DNA of 63,598 nt, filler included, from Platydemus manokwari (Eukaryota): NCBI GenBank assembly GCA_037951405.1. It is 5 parts of 5 records of this genome, joined end to end, with 100 filler letters (N's around TTAATTAATTAA, not from the genome) between each part and the next. Parts side by side here need not be neighbours in the genome. Positions count along the whole stretch, not along the records: positions 35,960 to 52,098 come from JBBMOY011211433.1; positions 52,199 to 63,598 come from JBBMOY010699986.1; 3 more parts are not named here. One strand, 5' to 3'. The translations under genes and the position numbers were made by a program. Positions 40,401 through 55,200 of this stretch are shown here, piece after piece. The notes below the pieces were generated by a model, which did not search any database, was not told the origin of the DNA, and saw only the letters and a list, made by a program, of their open reading frames with translations. Within the stretch, counting starts at the first letter, position 1. Every line of letters starts with the position of its first letter.

Positions 40401-40942
40401 GAACATTAATTCAGAATCCATACAATATTTCTGTATGTACAAAACAAATTAAAATTCATAGGTCCTATACCGATAATTCAAGATAGCTTAAAGATATAAG
40501 ATAATAACCATGTCACCACAACATCAAGAACCTATAATAATTCGGCCATTAAGCAAATCTGTCAAATCAAAATCTATCAAATTGATAACTGTATATTTTG
40601 TGTGATTTTATGCCCGAATGTCTTTATATTGAATATTCTAATTAGCACTGAATGATATTTTTCAGCATTTATGAATCTTATTATAATATATGCAAACAGA
40701 GATATCTGCCTTGAAAAGAGCTGAAATATAAATCATATTAGGAGTCGTAGCGATTATTATATCTCAATATCAGTAAAAATATCAGCGATTTTTGTTGGGA
40801 AAAAATTAAATAGCTGTATTTTAAAATCGAAAAGAAAACTGAAATCAAGTAAACCAAGAAATTTGTTTCTCAATCGATGAGAGTGGTTTATTTAAAATTC
40901 GAAACTATATAAATAAAATTAAGAATTTAGTTTTGATAGGTA

Positions 40943-42470
40943 CCGTGTTTTCCTATTATAAGCGGCCGCTTACATTATTTTCCAAAGAAAAAGTGGGGCA
41001 CCTCTTATATTTGGAGGACATCTTATAATATTTCAAATGTTAAAAACAAATATAGGCATTTTAATTAAACACGTTTAAATCATCCTCTTCTGCGATATCT
41101 TCAATAAAAACAAGATTTCGAACACTCAATTAATTCCTGTGAATTAAGTTTATCTTTGATAAGTGGTCCTAATCTCTCATTTTTGCTATGAAGCTTTCTT
41201 CAAATGAAGCCAACTTGTCCAGATAAGCAGCCTTCAAAGTTTTTTGACAGAGTTATCATTAATTCTAGCCGAGGCATTACTAATCCACTTGACTATTTCT
41301 TTTAGATTCGGTTTTATAAAGTTCCCCTTTTCATTTCCCATCTCTCTCTTCTCAATATACTAATTGATTTCTAATATAAGATTGTCCTTAAATGGCTTAT
41401 TTATCATCAAATCTAAACTTTGAAGATACCCTGTCATTCTAGCCAGTATCATTATTTGATCAACGCCTCTCACTTTAAGAAAATTCTTCATATCATTGGC
41501 ACTACGAGTGCTGGCTGAATCCCATATAAGTAAACCTCTTTTATTGCCTTTAAAAGCTATTGGCAACATCAGGTCAATTCATTTTCTAATTGCTGCTTTG
41601 GTACTCCATGCCTTTTCTGTTTCCAGAATGTACACACCAGACAAATGCTCAATTTTATTTTTCTTTCCTTTAATAATAATAAAAGGCGTTGGCTTTGTTC
41701 CATCGAAATGAAGTGCAAGAATACAGGTGACCTTCTGGCTTTCATTACCTGTTGAGGGAAAATAGATTGATGATGCCCCAAGAATATCTGCGAATCTTGT
41801 TCCATAAATACAGCTGTCTCATCCATTGCAATCATATACGACAATTAATATTTCTGAAAATCAATATTATCAACAAATTTCTTGTACATCATTACGAAGT
41901 AAAAACCTATCTCGCCAGAGGCTTTAAAATCCAACATTTGATTTCTGTAAGCCAAATCTACTGCAATGTTTTGAATATCACATCTTCTAACGATTAATCC
42001 TCTTGCTCTTCGGTCAATGATCCAATCAGTTATGGTATTTTCTGATTCATTTATTGCTGGCTTTCTTCCTGTCCCAACCTTTATCTTCTTATTGTTCCTA
42101 TACGCAACCGACTTGCATAGGTTTGTATAAGCAGATCTCCATCTTTGAACCATCTTTATGTTAAGGTTCTTTTCCTTGCAGAAAATGGTTAGGTTCTTGT
42201 CTCTAGACTCCTTTACAATCGACTTCTTATATTCTACGATGTAAATTTTTCTAGATTCAGCCATTTATGATGATAGATTTATATTCATTTAAAAGCTTTT
42301 GAAAATTTGAAAGATTGATTTAATAAATTCTTTATTGGATATGTATTGCATATTTATATTGTTTTTATTTATATAGAATTTATATTTACTACCGCTTATA
42401 TACCGCTAATTTTTTTACTAGCTAAAACATATTGATTTTCGGGATTCCGCTTACAATAGGAAAAACACGG
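40943..42470 (-). mobile_element. pogo/Tigger-family DNA transposon with both termini and a frameshifted transposase (Brinker-like DBD, CENP-B HTH, DDE_1)
   Basis: Left TIR CCGTGTTTTCCTATTATAAGCGG (40943) matches the reverse complement of the right end, CCGTGTTTTTCCTATTGTAAGCGG (ends 42470). TA flanks both sides. ORF pieces: MAESRKIY...GRKP...WIIDRRARG...FKAS, IAMDETAVF, LLIWDSAS, MTGYLQSLDLMINKPFKD. Confidence 0.95.
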
Positions 42471-45400
42471 TAATCTCAAATCACATTCTTATGATTTTTT
42501 TGTGGATTTAAAGTGTATTTTGTATAAATTTATAACTCTAAAAGTGTAAATAAAATTTTATATGAAATTTATAGATTCTATTAAATAAATTAAATAAATA
42601 GGTCACAGACTAAATATGAAACAAATTTTGCTGAACAATACGATTAAAATTGTCATTAAACGAATTTTTTATCAATCGCTCAGAATTGGCTCTTTACGGA
42701 TGTGTTTTGAATAAGATTATGAAACAAAATTCAGTCGAAAAGTAGATCTTGCAAACTATTAGAGCACAATTTGTGGATACAAATATATTATTGAGGTAAG
42801 AAGAATATAAAATAATGTATTTCAAATAAGTAATTCAAATAAGTACCAACAATAAATAATTAACAAGTTTGATGTAACTTGAACTGGTTGTAACGAGACG
42901 TTCTTTCATTTTTTGAAAACTGAAGAAATAAAGTCTTTTGTGCATTATAAATGTTGAGGCGGTTAAAAATTTGTATTATGTTTCGTTAATATTAAATATG
43001 GTTTTCATTTTGAGCAATGAATCCAAATTAATTCGCACTTACTAATAAACAACAAATCAATGAAGTTCAATGATACTCTTTATTATTTATGCTCATTGTG
43101 TTAACAACACTTGAAATTAAGTAATTTATTCATAAAAGTATAAAAAGGCCACATCTTCCTTACTTTCACACTTGTTTAAATCCTCAAACCTTCAAATGTA
43201 TCTCATATATCATCACTCAAAGATATTATCGAGTTATTTCTCTTTACAAAACTGATATAATGTTCTGGTCAATATTTAGAATAAACTGAGCTGAATTTCA
43301 ATTATTTTATATTTGATTTTCATTCGAATGTTCTCTTTTTTATATCCATTTTCCTTGATCCATTTCAAGAATATTATCTGAATTAATTTTATTTTTTCTC
43401 TTCTCTTCCTCTCTTCCGGATCAAATAGTTTACATCGCGCATTAGTGACACACTGCATGTACATAGACATTTAAGCAATTTCGACTTCACTGGCTTTTCT
43501 TCGGTCCAACTTCTATGCATATATTGTATTTCTTGTTAGAGTTAATAAGCAAAGGAAATGTTGAACTGTATTGAGATATGGTTAAATACAATGGTGTATA
43601 TAATTTATAGTGTTGTAGTTTTCATTGTTTATATATTTTTACTACTTTTTATTAATTTAATAGACCAAGTGTAATATTCTACACTGGCCTTTTATACGTT
43701 GAGGTCGTGTTCCTTTTTTAATTTATAAAGTTAGTTGTCAGTATAGCCGTTACTCTAATAGGCGTTTATAAAGCATTTATCTGCTGTGAATCAACCTTTT
43801 TATAATGAGACCTGTGTTCAGGCTCATTTTCATGGTAAGAACTTTGTCCCAGTGTTAATTATACTTCTTCCTTGTCTTTCTTCTTTTTAAATTTGGGTTA
43901 TGGATACGTTCAGGGAATTTTATTTTTATTTCATAAATTCCTTTGCCTTTTCGGTTTTAGAAGGCTTTGTGACTCGATCTATCGAATGAATTTTAACTTC
44001 GCCTGAAGACAAGATCAAAGGTCGGAGGAGTATATATTGTTTTGTATTCGTTTTCCACTAAAGTTAATAATAAACTTTTTTTAAAAAATCATGCCTGATA
44101 ATTTAGGTAAGTTATATAAATGATAAGTTCATCTCATTTATCAGCTTTTATGATAATTATAGAGAAAAAAGGATAAAATTGATATTATATAGTCTTACAA
44201 AGCACGATATTTAATATTATTGATAAATATTAATTGAAATAAAATAGTTTAAGATCGTGGTTACAGCAAAACCTGTGTTTATGATTTTGAAATTTAAAGA
44301 CAATAAATAAATTATCGTTAAAATACTGTTACTTTTAATCTTTTAACAATTCTATCCAACGAATGATTCTATTACTGGAATTTAAAATTACTTATTGGAT
44401 TTTTGAATAATTTTAAACCAGCTTAAAATTTTATTGATTTTCTGCCATTTATTTTATCATTTTATCAAAAGATATTTCCAATACTTTAAATTTTGAAACT
44501 AATTAAGAGTTTGATTTCATTAGATTTATTTTTCTTCAATAAATGGTTTGTTATCAAACGATAAATGTTACCAAATTGTTAAAAATATCAGTAATGATTT
44601 CAAAATATTAAGTCAGTTTCAATAACCTATTGAAGAAGGTAAAACCCGAAAATATTTGTATATTTTAAATAAAAATTTAAAATTTCGTCTACTTAGATAT
44701 ATTTTTTGAAATATAGTATTGTCAATATTTAATTTAATAACAAGAAATAATTCAGATTAATAATTCCAAAATATATAAGTGAGTATTACACTAAAATAAA
44801 ATTTATTGACTTCAGTTAAAAATATTATAAACACATTTAAGGGTATTTGAACTGGAAGAATAAATAAAAACGACTTTTGACGTCTGTAGATATTTCATTG
44901 GCATTGAGGACCTCATCTTTGTCAACATCTGGTCAATTTTATTATTATTATCTTTGCTGTGAGGATTATAATATTATGACAAAAAATAGGAAATGATACA
45001 TCTAAGTAAAACATATCCATATCAAACACATCAATGATAAATAATTAAAAATATATTTTTATAATTTATTTTAATATTGTGGCAAAGTTTTTGCCGGGTT
45101 AACTTATGAAATTTGTATACAGAACCTTAATGAAATAGCATCCACTAAGACAGCACTTGAATACAATCATTGAAAGATTAATTCCAGAAGATCTAAAAGA
45201 GAAAATATATCGAATAAATTGCTAAGAATTACCGAAGATATTTTGGAATTTCAATGAAGCCCAAACGAATACAGAATGGATAGGTAATTCGAAAACTCTA
45301 GTCAATGCGATCGAGATGATGAACACGTAACATCTGAGATAGAGGTTATGAAAACAACAGATAACAGAATCAATCTACAAAACTCTCAATAATCTCTCCA

Positions 45401-48400
45401 AATATAAATGACGAACAATATAATCGAAAATTAAATAAATCCCGTTTTATAACTAATAAAATCTCAAAGAAATTCAATTCTATTCAGAAAAAACTCCAGC
45501 AAATTTCATAAGCTTTGCTTTATTTAGAATTTATTGATCTCCATGTTTGATATATTTTTATCTTGTTTTTTATTTCATTTCTTATCTTTTAAAATTAACG
45601 ATAAATGAAAAATATTTTCATGAATTAGATGGTTTGGAAAATATTTTATTGAATCTATCACCATTACAAGTAAAGTGGTTTTAACTCATTTCACATTGGA
45701 AATTATTCTTCAATTCGACCGTGAAAATTGCAAACCATTATTCACTTCGCAATTATGGTTGATTAAATGGTTTGTTCGATCGGAGTAATTACTCGCGAAA
45801 ATGTTCACTAATCGGAATACAACAATTTTACTCATCAATTCATTGTCAATTGCAATAAAAACCGTTCTCTACGATAAATTTCATCCTTATTATTATATTC
45901 TCTGAAAATAATAATAATAACAATTTTGTAACAATCATTTCCCTAAGGTAATTTAAAAAAAATCACAACATAAGATTACAGATTTTTCACTAATCAGGTT
46001 GCTAGAAATTCAAGATTTGGAAAATATTAAAATCGTAAGAATTAACTTAAATTTATTTTTTATTTTAATCCAATTTTTTATTTAGTTTCTATAATAGTAA
46101 CGTTTGGATTAATAATGAAAGATCTGGGTTAAAAATAAATCAATGAAATTTTTGTGCTCTTTGATTCTTTAAGATTTAATAATGATTCAAATGTATCTCT
46201 GTCGATATATGTAGGGAGGTACAACGAATTCTCATGATATATTTTGTTCATCCCAAAAATTATTTAGTACATTCCTGTGTGTTTTGTAGCCATTAATTTT
46301 GTCAAATTAAAATCATACTTCTGTAATGATTCTGATAGGTTGGTTATCATTTATATATGATTGTGTAGTTAGGTATGCAAAATATCAAAATAAGAGGTGC
46401 AACCTGACGAATTTTGTTATTTTGTGTGAGAATCTTCTATATTCAACAGTACTATTAATAAAATGAAGGATATTCAAAGACAATTTCTGTACAAAATTTC
46501 AAGAGTGTTTCATTTCCTTCCATATCACAAGGATAAGGATTGAGATTGATTAAATTTTTAACGTACTTGTTGGATGATAATAAATCACAAGATTTAGTTA
46601 TTATCTTGGATATTTGTTAGAATATTCAGAAGTCACGTTTGGTTTTAAAAAAGTTATAATGAAAACCACATCAATATCGCTCTAGTAAGACGAGTAGAAA
46701 GGCAAATGTTATTTTCTAATTTACTTATAAAACATAAGAGATGCTCATTTGAAGACCAATATTAATCTCGGGAAGCAGAGTCAGTTATCATTTGTTTTTG
46801 ATATGTTATTACGAGATACCAAACGACTTATGACAGGAGTTAGATGGCAAGAAGGCTGCTTTAAATGATGCAGTTGAGGTCTGGTTTACTGAAGCGTAAG
46901 TTTCATTGTCCTCAACGAGACACATGCATGATATGGGGTAAAGAATTCCATTCATTCAGAGAATGCTATGTGATCAAGAAATACAAAGAAGATCGTCCAA
47001 GTAGAGTTTTAGTATATATGATGAGGAACATATAGAAATTATAGGGAATCAGAAGATTTTGATTTAGACTGATTAAAATCCCAAACAAAATGAAGGTTGG
47101 AAGTTAGATATTATCTTGAATATATTTGTAAATAGTCACAACTGGAATTTGATTAAATAAAAGTTAAGGCGTTGTTATTTTCTCACTAAGAGTGTAAAAT
47201 TTTTATTTTGGATGCAGTTGATTTTATGTTAACTAGTCCTAACGCGCTTCAATAACAAGTATTGATGGCTACACATTCAGAAAATTATAACTGATTATCT
47301 AAAAATTTTATAAAATTTATTAAAAGTTAATAATGTTATGTTACTTCATTGAGTATAACTGTTATTGAAATCTGTCAACTGAATTAAAATTAAATTTATG
47401 ATTGAAATTAAATTTATGATGTTTATTGAATTCTTACGATCACTATAAAAGATCAAAAAGAGCTAAATTGATATAAATAAGTTTATTGAAACCAGAAGAA
47501 AATAACACAATATTAATGAAAACAGACAACAAACAATTTCAAATCAATAACCATTGCCCCACGAAAGTGGATTACTGACAATCCAAAAACGAACAGAGAA
47601 GAGTGTGGAAACAAACGTTACTAATTACGAATTTCAAATTTTTAATTTGATTATTAATTAATAGGTGTAGTTAATGAACCATACAATTAAACTATATTAA
47701 TATAACCTTAGTCCGCTTAATAAATCCTAACAATATAATATCGAAGTTCTGGACCGAATCGGTTTCACTGATTGTCAATTGTGCAATGAAAACGACCAGT
47801 GACTTCAATTAGTTTTCAAAGAATATGCGTCGCGAGCTTTAGTTCTGTTTTAATACTTAAACTTTGTAATATTGAAGTGGTGTTGTTTTTCAGGCGTGTT
47901 GTAATGCGTGGTTTTTTGTGGTGGTAGATCAACATTTTGATCTACTATTTATACTGGTCAACCTTGTAGGTGGTCGTCTAAATTAGATACATTCTTTGCA
48001 TCCCTTTCTTTGTCAATTAATATTGCACTTTTCTCAATTAACTTATCTTTATTAATTTTTTACTATTTGTATTTATTTGTTTCTTTTTTTAATTATTTAA
48101 TTCTTTTATTCATTTATTTCGATTTATTTCCTTGTCAACGCTTTTTCTTCTCTTCCCTTACATAAACACAATTAAAAATAACATTTATAGATAACACAAA
48201 TAATCGATTGGGTCAAATTATAAAAAAATCGTTTAAATTAATTGATTGAGACAAATCATAAAGCAATAAATATATTGATTCTTAATCAAAAGTTCAGATT
48301 GTGATCGATACTAAATAATCATAATTTTCAATTAAATTCTTGGAATGTCCGCATCAATTTGGGTTATTGATTATTCGTACTGATAAGCATTTTGAACTGT

Positions 48401-50620
48401 TGGACGCTTTGCTATAGTCAAAACACTTTTATCTGGCCTCTAACTTAGTAAAAAATGTGTATTAAAGTTGATGGGTTTTAATCTTGCTTTACAGATCTGT
48501 TTTGTTACTATAAATATTTAACACGTAATTCTGTTTATTTTTTTTTACCATTTTTTAAAAAATCATTTCATCTTTTAAGTTATTGTCTATAATATTGAGA
48601 TCTAACTTCATGAAAATCAAAAAAAAATATATTTTTAAGAGTAGTTATAACATTTTTCGTAACCACAGTAACATCGTAAATTGCCTAGATCTGGGAGCTG
48701 CACTAAAAGAAATTCGGTAATTTATACCGGCTAAATGGTTCCTACCGGACTAACCATTTGTATGGATTGTCGATCATCATTATCTACCTACAACTGAATA
48801 GTGAATGATTAATATTAAACGAACAAACGCTTAAGGACTTTGAGTTTCTGAATTAAATTTTGGACAAATTAATAGTGCATTGCTAGGTTTGAAAGGACAA
48901 TTGTATAACAAAGGTAACTACTTCAACTCATAGCTAATCATTCATGATTACTCCTCTGATAACATGTATTATAATATTTCTGAATTCACAACATTTAAAA
49001 TAATAACAAAAGATTGTCAAGATGATAAATTTGAAAGACACAAACTCGCACAGACACACATATATAGACTAAAATATTTTTTAAAAAAATTCCATATTTA
49101 CAAAATAATATGGTTCATTCTGTCAACTTTTAATTATATGCTATTTAATACATATTGATTACTTTGTTTGAAATTTCCAAGCCCTATAAAGATGTCTGAG
49201 CTGCTAACTCTAAATTAGCATGCCGAATTAGCAGCATGTAACGATGTTTGGGTATCAGTTAGTTGTTCGAGTACAAAGATGGTGGAAACAGAGACTGAAC
49301 CTGATTTTCGGATTTTCTTAGAAAAGGTAGCTGAATCAACTTACGACAGCAGTATTGTATGAAATGACTTCAGATTAAATTGTGATTTATTTTATGTTTC
49401 TCGATATCATGATTGCATGAATGATGAAGATTATTTAATGAAGACTGTCACAATGAATACTACATAACCATGATGGTCAGAAATAATCTTATTACAGTCT
49501 CACCTTAAATGTCTACAGTTATTATCTAAAATTTATTGTGTATAACATATGCTGCCAAAAGAAAACAATAAAATTGATTAACAAATAATCATCAAATTGG
49601 ATTCTGGAAAATCTAATCACAGCATTACCGGAGTATGTGAAACACAACTATATATCGGTTCAGAAATTACAACAACTAAGTAAACATAAACTTTGTTTTG
49701 GTATTGAAGATAAAATCGAACTATTCACTATTGAGACAACATTATTTATAGAACAACTGGAAACTACTTGAAACCAGCCATTTATAAATTTAACCAACTA
49801 GCAGCAATCCAAAACAAATAAACCAAGAATAAAAGATAGTTAATTTTTAATTTTTATCGATATTAAAATTATTTTCCTATTATTACGAGATGGATAAATA
49901 TAACCTCTACAGATAAAGTGGCATTATTACCGTATTTCCTTTAATAAAACGAAATGGGAAAAAAGAATAGAATCTGATTTAAAAAATTAGAATAAATATT
50001 TAGTAATTTTTATTGAAATTTCAGATTTTTTATGAATTTTTTCAATAATTTAAAAATAAAATTGATTTTAAAAGCTTTTGGATTTCATTTCGTTTAACAT
50101 GCAGATATTAAAAATATTTTATTCGTCAAGATTTATTGATTAGTTTTCCTACAATATTCGACTCGAATGTTTGTGATTGCATTCATTTCAGAATCAAATC
50201 CAGCATCAATTTTGATTGATATATTTAAATAAAATCTTCGGTTCTTTTATTTTTCTTATGTCTAGGAGTTTCTTATGTGAAGGAATTTGTTTAATATAAT
50301 ATGAAAAGTTGATCTACGTGGTGCTATTAGAATCAGTTTTATTATGGTAATAAATCTATATTTTTATTGAAGATTCAATGAAAAATAATTACAAAAGGTA
50401 AAGGCACCCAGTATCGATATGAAAAAATACTCTTACTAGTACACAGAGGAACAATAAACAATGTAAATCGAAAACTAGTAAAACAAATTAAATTAAGTTA
50501 AACAACATTTGGATAATATATTGTTTTATAGAAGTTTCTTTGTTTACATGCAGTGTTCTAAAAGTTTAATAAATATGAGCATAAATTGATGGATTATTTG
50601 AAAATTATTAAATAAATATG

Positions 50621-50623
<3 letters not shown>

Positions 50624-50659
<36 letters not shown>
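50624..50659. repeat. (AAT)n microsatellite
   Basis: Trinucleotide run. Confidence 0.95.
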
Positions 50660-50661
<2 letters not shown>

Positions 50662-50857
50662 TTGTAATTTATGTAATGCACTACATTAATTAAGGGCATG
50701 GTATTAAATGGCAATTAAAATGTCAAAATATTCATCATTATTCTAATAATAGATAAATAAATTGAATCGTATTTAAACAAAAAAGTAACAAAAATGTTGC
50801 AAATTTAAAAAAATATCTGAAAGATTAAGGAATTCTTGTAAACAAAAAATCACTTAC

Positions 50858-51620
50858 TCCCTCTCATAAGGTTGGAAGATTTCATTATCACGAATTTCTT
50901 TTTCTGGGTCATGTCCTTGAGCTCGTTCTTTTTGATCAACTAAATATCAAGAATTAATTCAAATTCTTTTATTAAAAAAAAATCAATTAAAAATATTCAT
51001 GTAGACCAATGCTCTTCAAAAGGGGGGCACAGGAAATTTCATTTTCGACACTGACTTTCATTAAGACAAAATATCGACCGAATTTTAAAAATCTGGAATT
51101 AGTACTGAGACCAGCCATAATCGAAGTAGAGCCAAGATTTGATGTTTAGCCCAGAATGTGCAAAGTCGTTGTTATTATTAAATATATTGTAATTTTTTGG
51201 TTTTAAAAAATTTGGACTCTTAAAGTGGATCGCAACACAAAAAGTGTGAAGACCACTGATTTAGGCGGCTATTAAAAACGGCAAAACATAATAAGTCATT
51301 TTCAACGAAAAAAAATTTGAACAAATCAAGGGAAAAAGTGAATAAAAATGATGATATGTGAAACAAAACATTGTCATTGTATAGCACATTATAAGATGAC
51401 GATTAAGTAGCTTAATAATAAATTGTTTATTTATTAAGGTTACAATCAATCGGTAAATGTGATTATTATAATAGTAAATAAATATTAAGTTCACAAATAT
51501 TCTCACCATTGTATGTCTCACCAGAACCTCGTAGACAAAAGTACAAAATTATTACAATGATAATCACAAGTACTATCAACGAAATAATGAATGGAAGAAT
51601 CCAAGATGGTGACGCTTTAT
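50858..51620 (-). CDS. Two internal exons complement(join(50858..50939,51507..51620)) of a type I membrane protein, L1CAM/neuroglian-like (TM helix plus start of cytoplasmic tail)
   Basis: Clean AG/GT borders (CAG|..|GTGAGA and TAG|..|GTAAGT) with matching phase give KASPSWILPFIISLIVLVIIIVIILYFCLRGSGETYN|VDQKERAQGHDPEKEIRDNEIFQPYER. This resembles the L1-family juxtamembrane 'C..R.GGKY.V.EKE....DPE......F.EY'. The ectodomain and FIGxY exons were not found. Confidence 0.7.
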
Positions 51621-52098
51621 CTGAATAAATAAATAAAACAATACAATCAACAATATTCACATAAATATATAAATCCATATTTATATATTATCATTATAAT
51701 ATAGTAGAGTTCATATTTCAAAACAACTGACTCACATTGTTCAAGAAATTTTAAACTTTCCTAACTATTAATCTTAAATGGACACGAAAGAAAAAATCCA
51801 AATTTTAAAACGCAAACAAAACAATTCAGTCATCTTATTTGAGATTATTTTTGTTGTTCATAAATACTTCAATAACTCCGCATAATCATGAATCAGAATT
51901 GTTGAGTAAAACTTTTTTCATATATTACATCAGATCAAGGTAAAGCAATGAAGCTCCATTTTTATATCGGAGGAGCTTCTTTACCAATCGTGGCATATTT
52001 TATCACAATTATAATAATTATAATTATATATAAATTAAATAATATAAATTAATTTAAAATAGCATCATTTATTCACTTGAAGCCTGATGAGAACGATT

Positions 52099-52198
52099 NN
52101 NNNNNNNNNNNNNNNNNNNNNNNNNNNNNNNNNNNNNNNNNNTTAATTAATTAANNNNNNNNNNNNNNNNNNNNNNNNNNNNNNNNNNNNNNNNNNNN
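52099..52198. other. Artificial scaffold linker N44-TTAATTAATTAA-N44
   Basis: Same construct as 9606-9705. Confidence 0.97.

Positions 52199-52267
<69 letters not shown>
52199..52267. repeat. (TAT)n microsatellite
   Basis: Perfect trinucleotide run next to the gap. Confidence 0.98.
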
Positions 52268-52268
<1 letters not shown>

Positions 52269-55200
52269 TCTAAATCAATATTATTATAACTTCAAATTAA
52301 TCATTAAATATATAATTTTCCATTTCAGTAAATTTCAACGAATATGTTAAAAACTGTCAAGTAATTGATACGCCATTTATTGTCAGTGCTAATGATAAGT
52401 GTATCGAGAAAGGTAAAATGATTTTCATGACAGTCCGACATTAGCGGCATCGTTCACAAACAACTAAATCATCATCCCACTAATATATATGGTATGGAAA
52501 TATCGATAGGAAATAATGCATCTCATCAAATGCAATGCTGATCTATCCGTTGTTTTTTGTTGGATTTCAGTCTCAATTTGGATCGAGATGCAGCGACAAA
52601 CATTAACAGAACTGATTGCATACGCGATAAACAAATAAATAATATCTCGAAATGATTCTATCTGTTCAATTAGTAATGTTCTCTTTGATTTTTTACGTGC
52701 TAATCGAAAATCTTTTTGTTGATAAATGTATTAAACGATTCTTTTTTAATGAAATATTTGGATTTTCAGCATTGTGTTCGGTTTGGTTGCAAAATATCCT
52801 TGTCCTGTATTTATTGAACTGCAAAGATCAATCCATGCGTATAATTTCAATTAATTGTTCCATGTAATGGGATTTTTTCTTCAATCGATAAATTTCATTA
52901 GAAAACAAGAGAACTTAAATTTTAACTAGATAATTTTTAATTTGAATTCTAGTTTGTTCTTTTATATTTTGTTTTAATTAATTCAATTCAAACTTTTTTG
53001 TCAAATGTTTGTGTCACATAAGACACTCACAGGGTTCCATTTTTATTCCAATGATTGATATTTTAAATAACTTTTTATCGATTTTTAGTTATGTTGGGTT
53101 TAGTAAGTTTATCGATTTAGTATAACTTGAATTAAAATAAATGGAAAATTATATGAGAAATAAGAGGAGTATTGAAGCCCTATAAATAAGTGAGTTGAGC
53201 TCTCTTTTATTTTATACTGATAATGTTTAATTCTTAAATTGGACTCCAAATGGTTTATGCAGATTATCAACTGGATATGAGGTTATATTATAAATAAATA
53301 ATAAAATAAATAAATCGATCTGAATAAAATATAGCTGCTATTACAATCAATACAAGTCAATAAATAATAGTAAGATTCGAATAGAATTACAATCCTGTTA
53401 ATGATAAACAAAATTTTAAGTAACCAGGTTGGAATTCTATTTTAGTTATTCGACTATGGTAGATTTTTATTTATAAAGATTTTATTGATTTTATAAGTCT
53501 TTTGTGGCCTTACCCGTAAGAGTCCTGAGCAGATTTTATCGTTGGTTAGGTATACTTGTGCCGTAACCATTACTGTGATATTGTTCTTTTATTTAAAGAT
53601 TTTAGTTTTTATTTAGGTCCTAACTGAATCGGATTCAAGACAGAAATCCTAATATCGATGATATATTAAATATGATTTTAACAATAACAGAAATTTCTTA
53701 AAATAATGAAATCCTTTTCAGCAACAGTGTTTGTTTATTATATATTGTTTCTGGAACTATTTCTGTCAGTGATTATTTCTGATATTTGATTTGATCGGTA
53801 ATCATTCTGAAGCAATCATTTTGAAAATTTCTCATTTAATGGCTAATTGTCGTGATATAATCTTAGTTTTCGGTTATGTTCGAGTGATATATTATGATTT
53901 TGATATTTATTTATTCTATCTCTTTTCTATTGTTTTCTATTCTTATTTTTAGTTTTATTCCATACGAATTTTATGATTTATTCTTTGTAAATACTATTTT
54001 TAGGTATTAATATTTTATCTTTCTTTTATATATTTATTTCATTCTATTTTTGGATTTGATAACCTCCTAGCAAGAGATGACTTATCTCCACAGTTATTTT
54101 AAGAAAAACAAATTTATAAATAAGTTATTATCTATTTTGAATAAGAGGCCGTACCCGACAATAAATCAATAAACTTAATTTCTGTATATTAGTTTTTACT
54201 AAAAATGATTATTTTGTAGTTAATATTTATTTATTCATTTATCGATCATATGATTAGCTAAAGTAATTATTTATTGATTAATACCTATATTGATTCTGCT
54301 CCAGTAAGAAATTGGTACAGTCAGTGATATTTATTTATGGTGCACTCATTCAATAAAATCATACAAGCGCTACATGTTACACTGTCAAACTAAAAAGTGG
54401 ATTGTCTTAACTTGTACGAACATCCTCACCAATTTTATTAAGTCAGTATATTGAAATTGTTAACTCATCAACACCTATTTATTTGCATCAACGTCAGTTA
54501 TCTTATTACAGTAAATTTATTTTTAGTATTTCAATTCTCTAATTATTATCATCTAATTATAATTCCATGTGTAGGTGTTGTGATTGAATATTTATATCCG
54601 TTTTCTTCCCGAGTATTTCATTTATCAAATTTGCTGTTAAGCTATTTTTTTATTTTATCTAATTTATAACTGGCGGACTCTTTAATTAGTTAGATTTATT
54701 TTTTATTTATCAATAAATATGCGAAAATTTCTGTGTTTATTTGTGCTATGTACTGAGCTCGACTGTATATGTTTAGGATAAATTACTATCCAAATATCAC
54801 GTTTCTTTATTTATATTTATAATTTATTATAAATAATAATTTAAATATTTTACCTGAACTATTATTTTAAGAGAAAATGTTTTTATTATTTGATTATAAA
54901 TCTGAAAAATCAATAATTTTTTGTCCCACCATGCTTTTTTTATTATTTTTATTTTTATCTGTATTCATGGATTTTTTATTGGAAAAATATTCATTGATTT
55001 ATTTGTTGATTTATTGATTTATCGATTTTATAAATTTCATTTATAGATTTTTTTAATTAATTAATGATATTTAATTTATGCAGAAAATTGCAGCTATACA
55101 TATATATGTTATCCAATATATTTCAAATGATATTTCAGCGGAAATCCATGAAATAAATCCATTTGATATGGCGATCACAGTTTATCATGTTGGGCGTCAC

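Noticed and set aside
52083-52098. CTGATGAG just before a gap
   Set aside because: Truncated by Ns, so the structure cannot be assessed.
52575-52610. Plus-strand peptide NLDRDAATNI resembling the TnpB/Fanzor C-terminal DRDxNAAxNI motif
   Set aside because: Two residues including the conserved Asn are missing, there is no upstream CxxC zinc finger or RuvC motif, and the frame is short.
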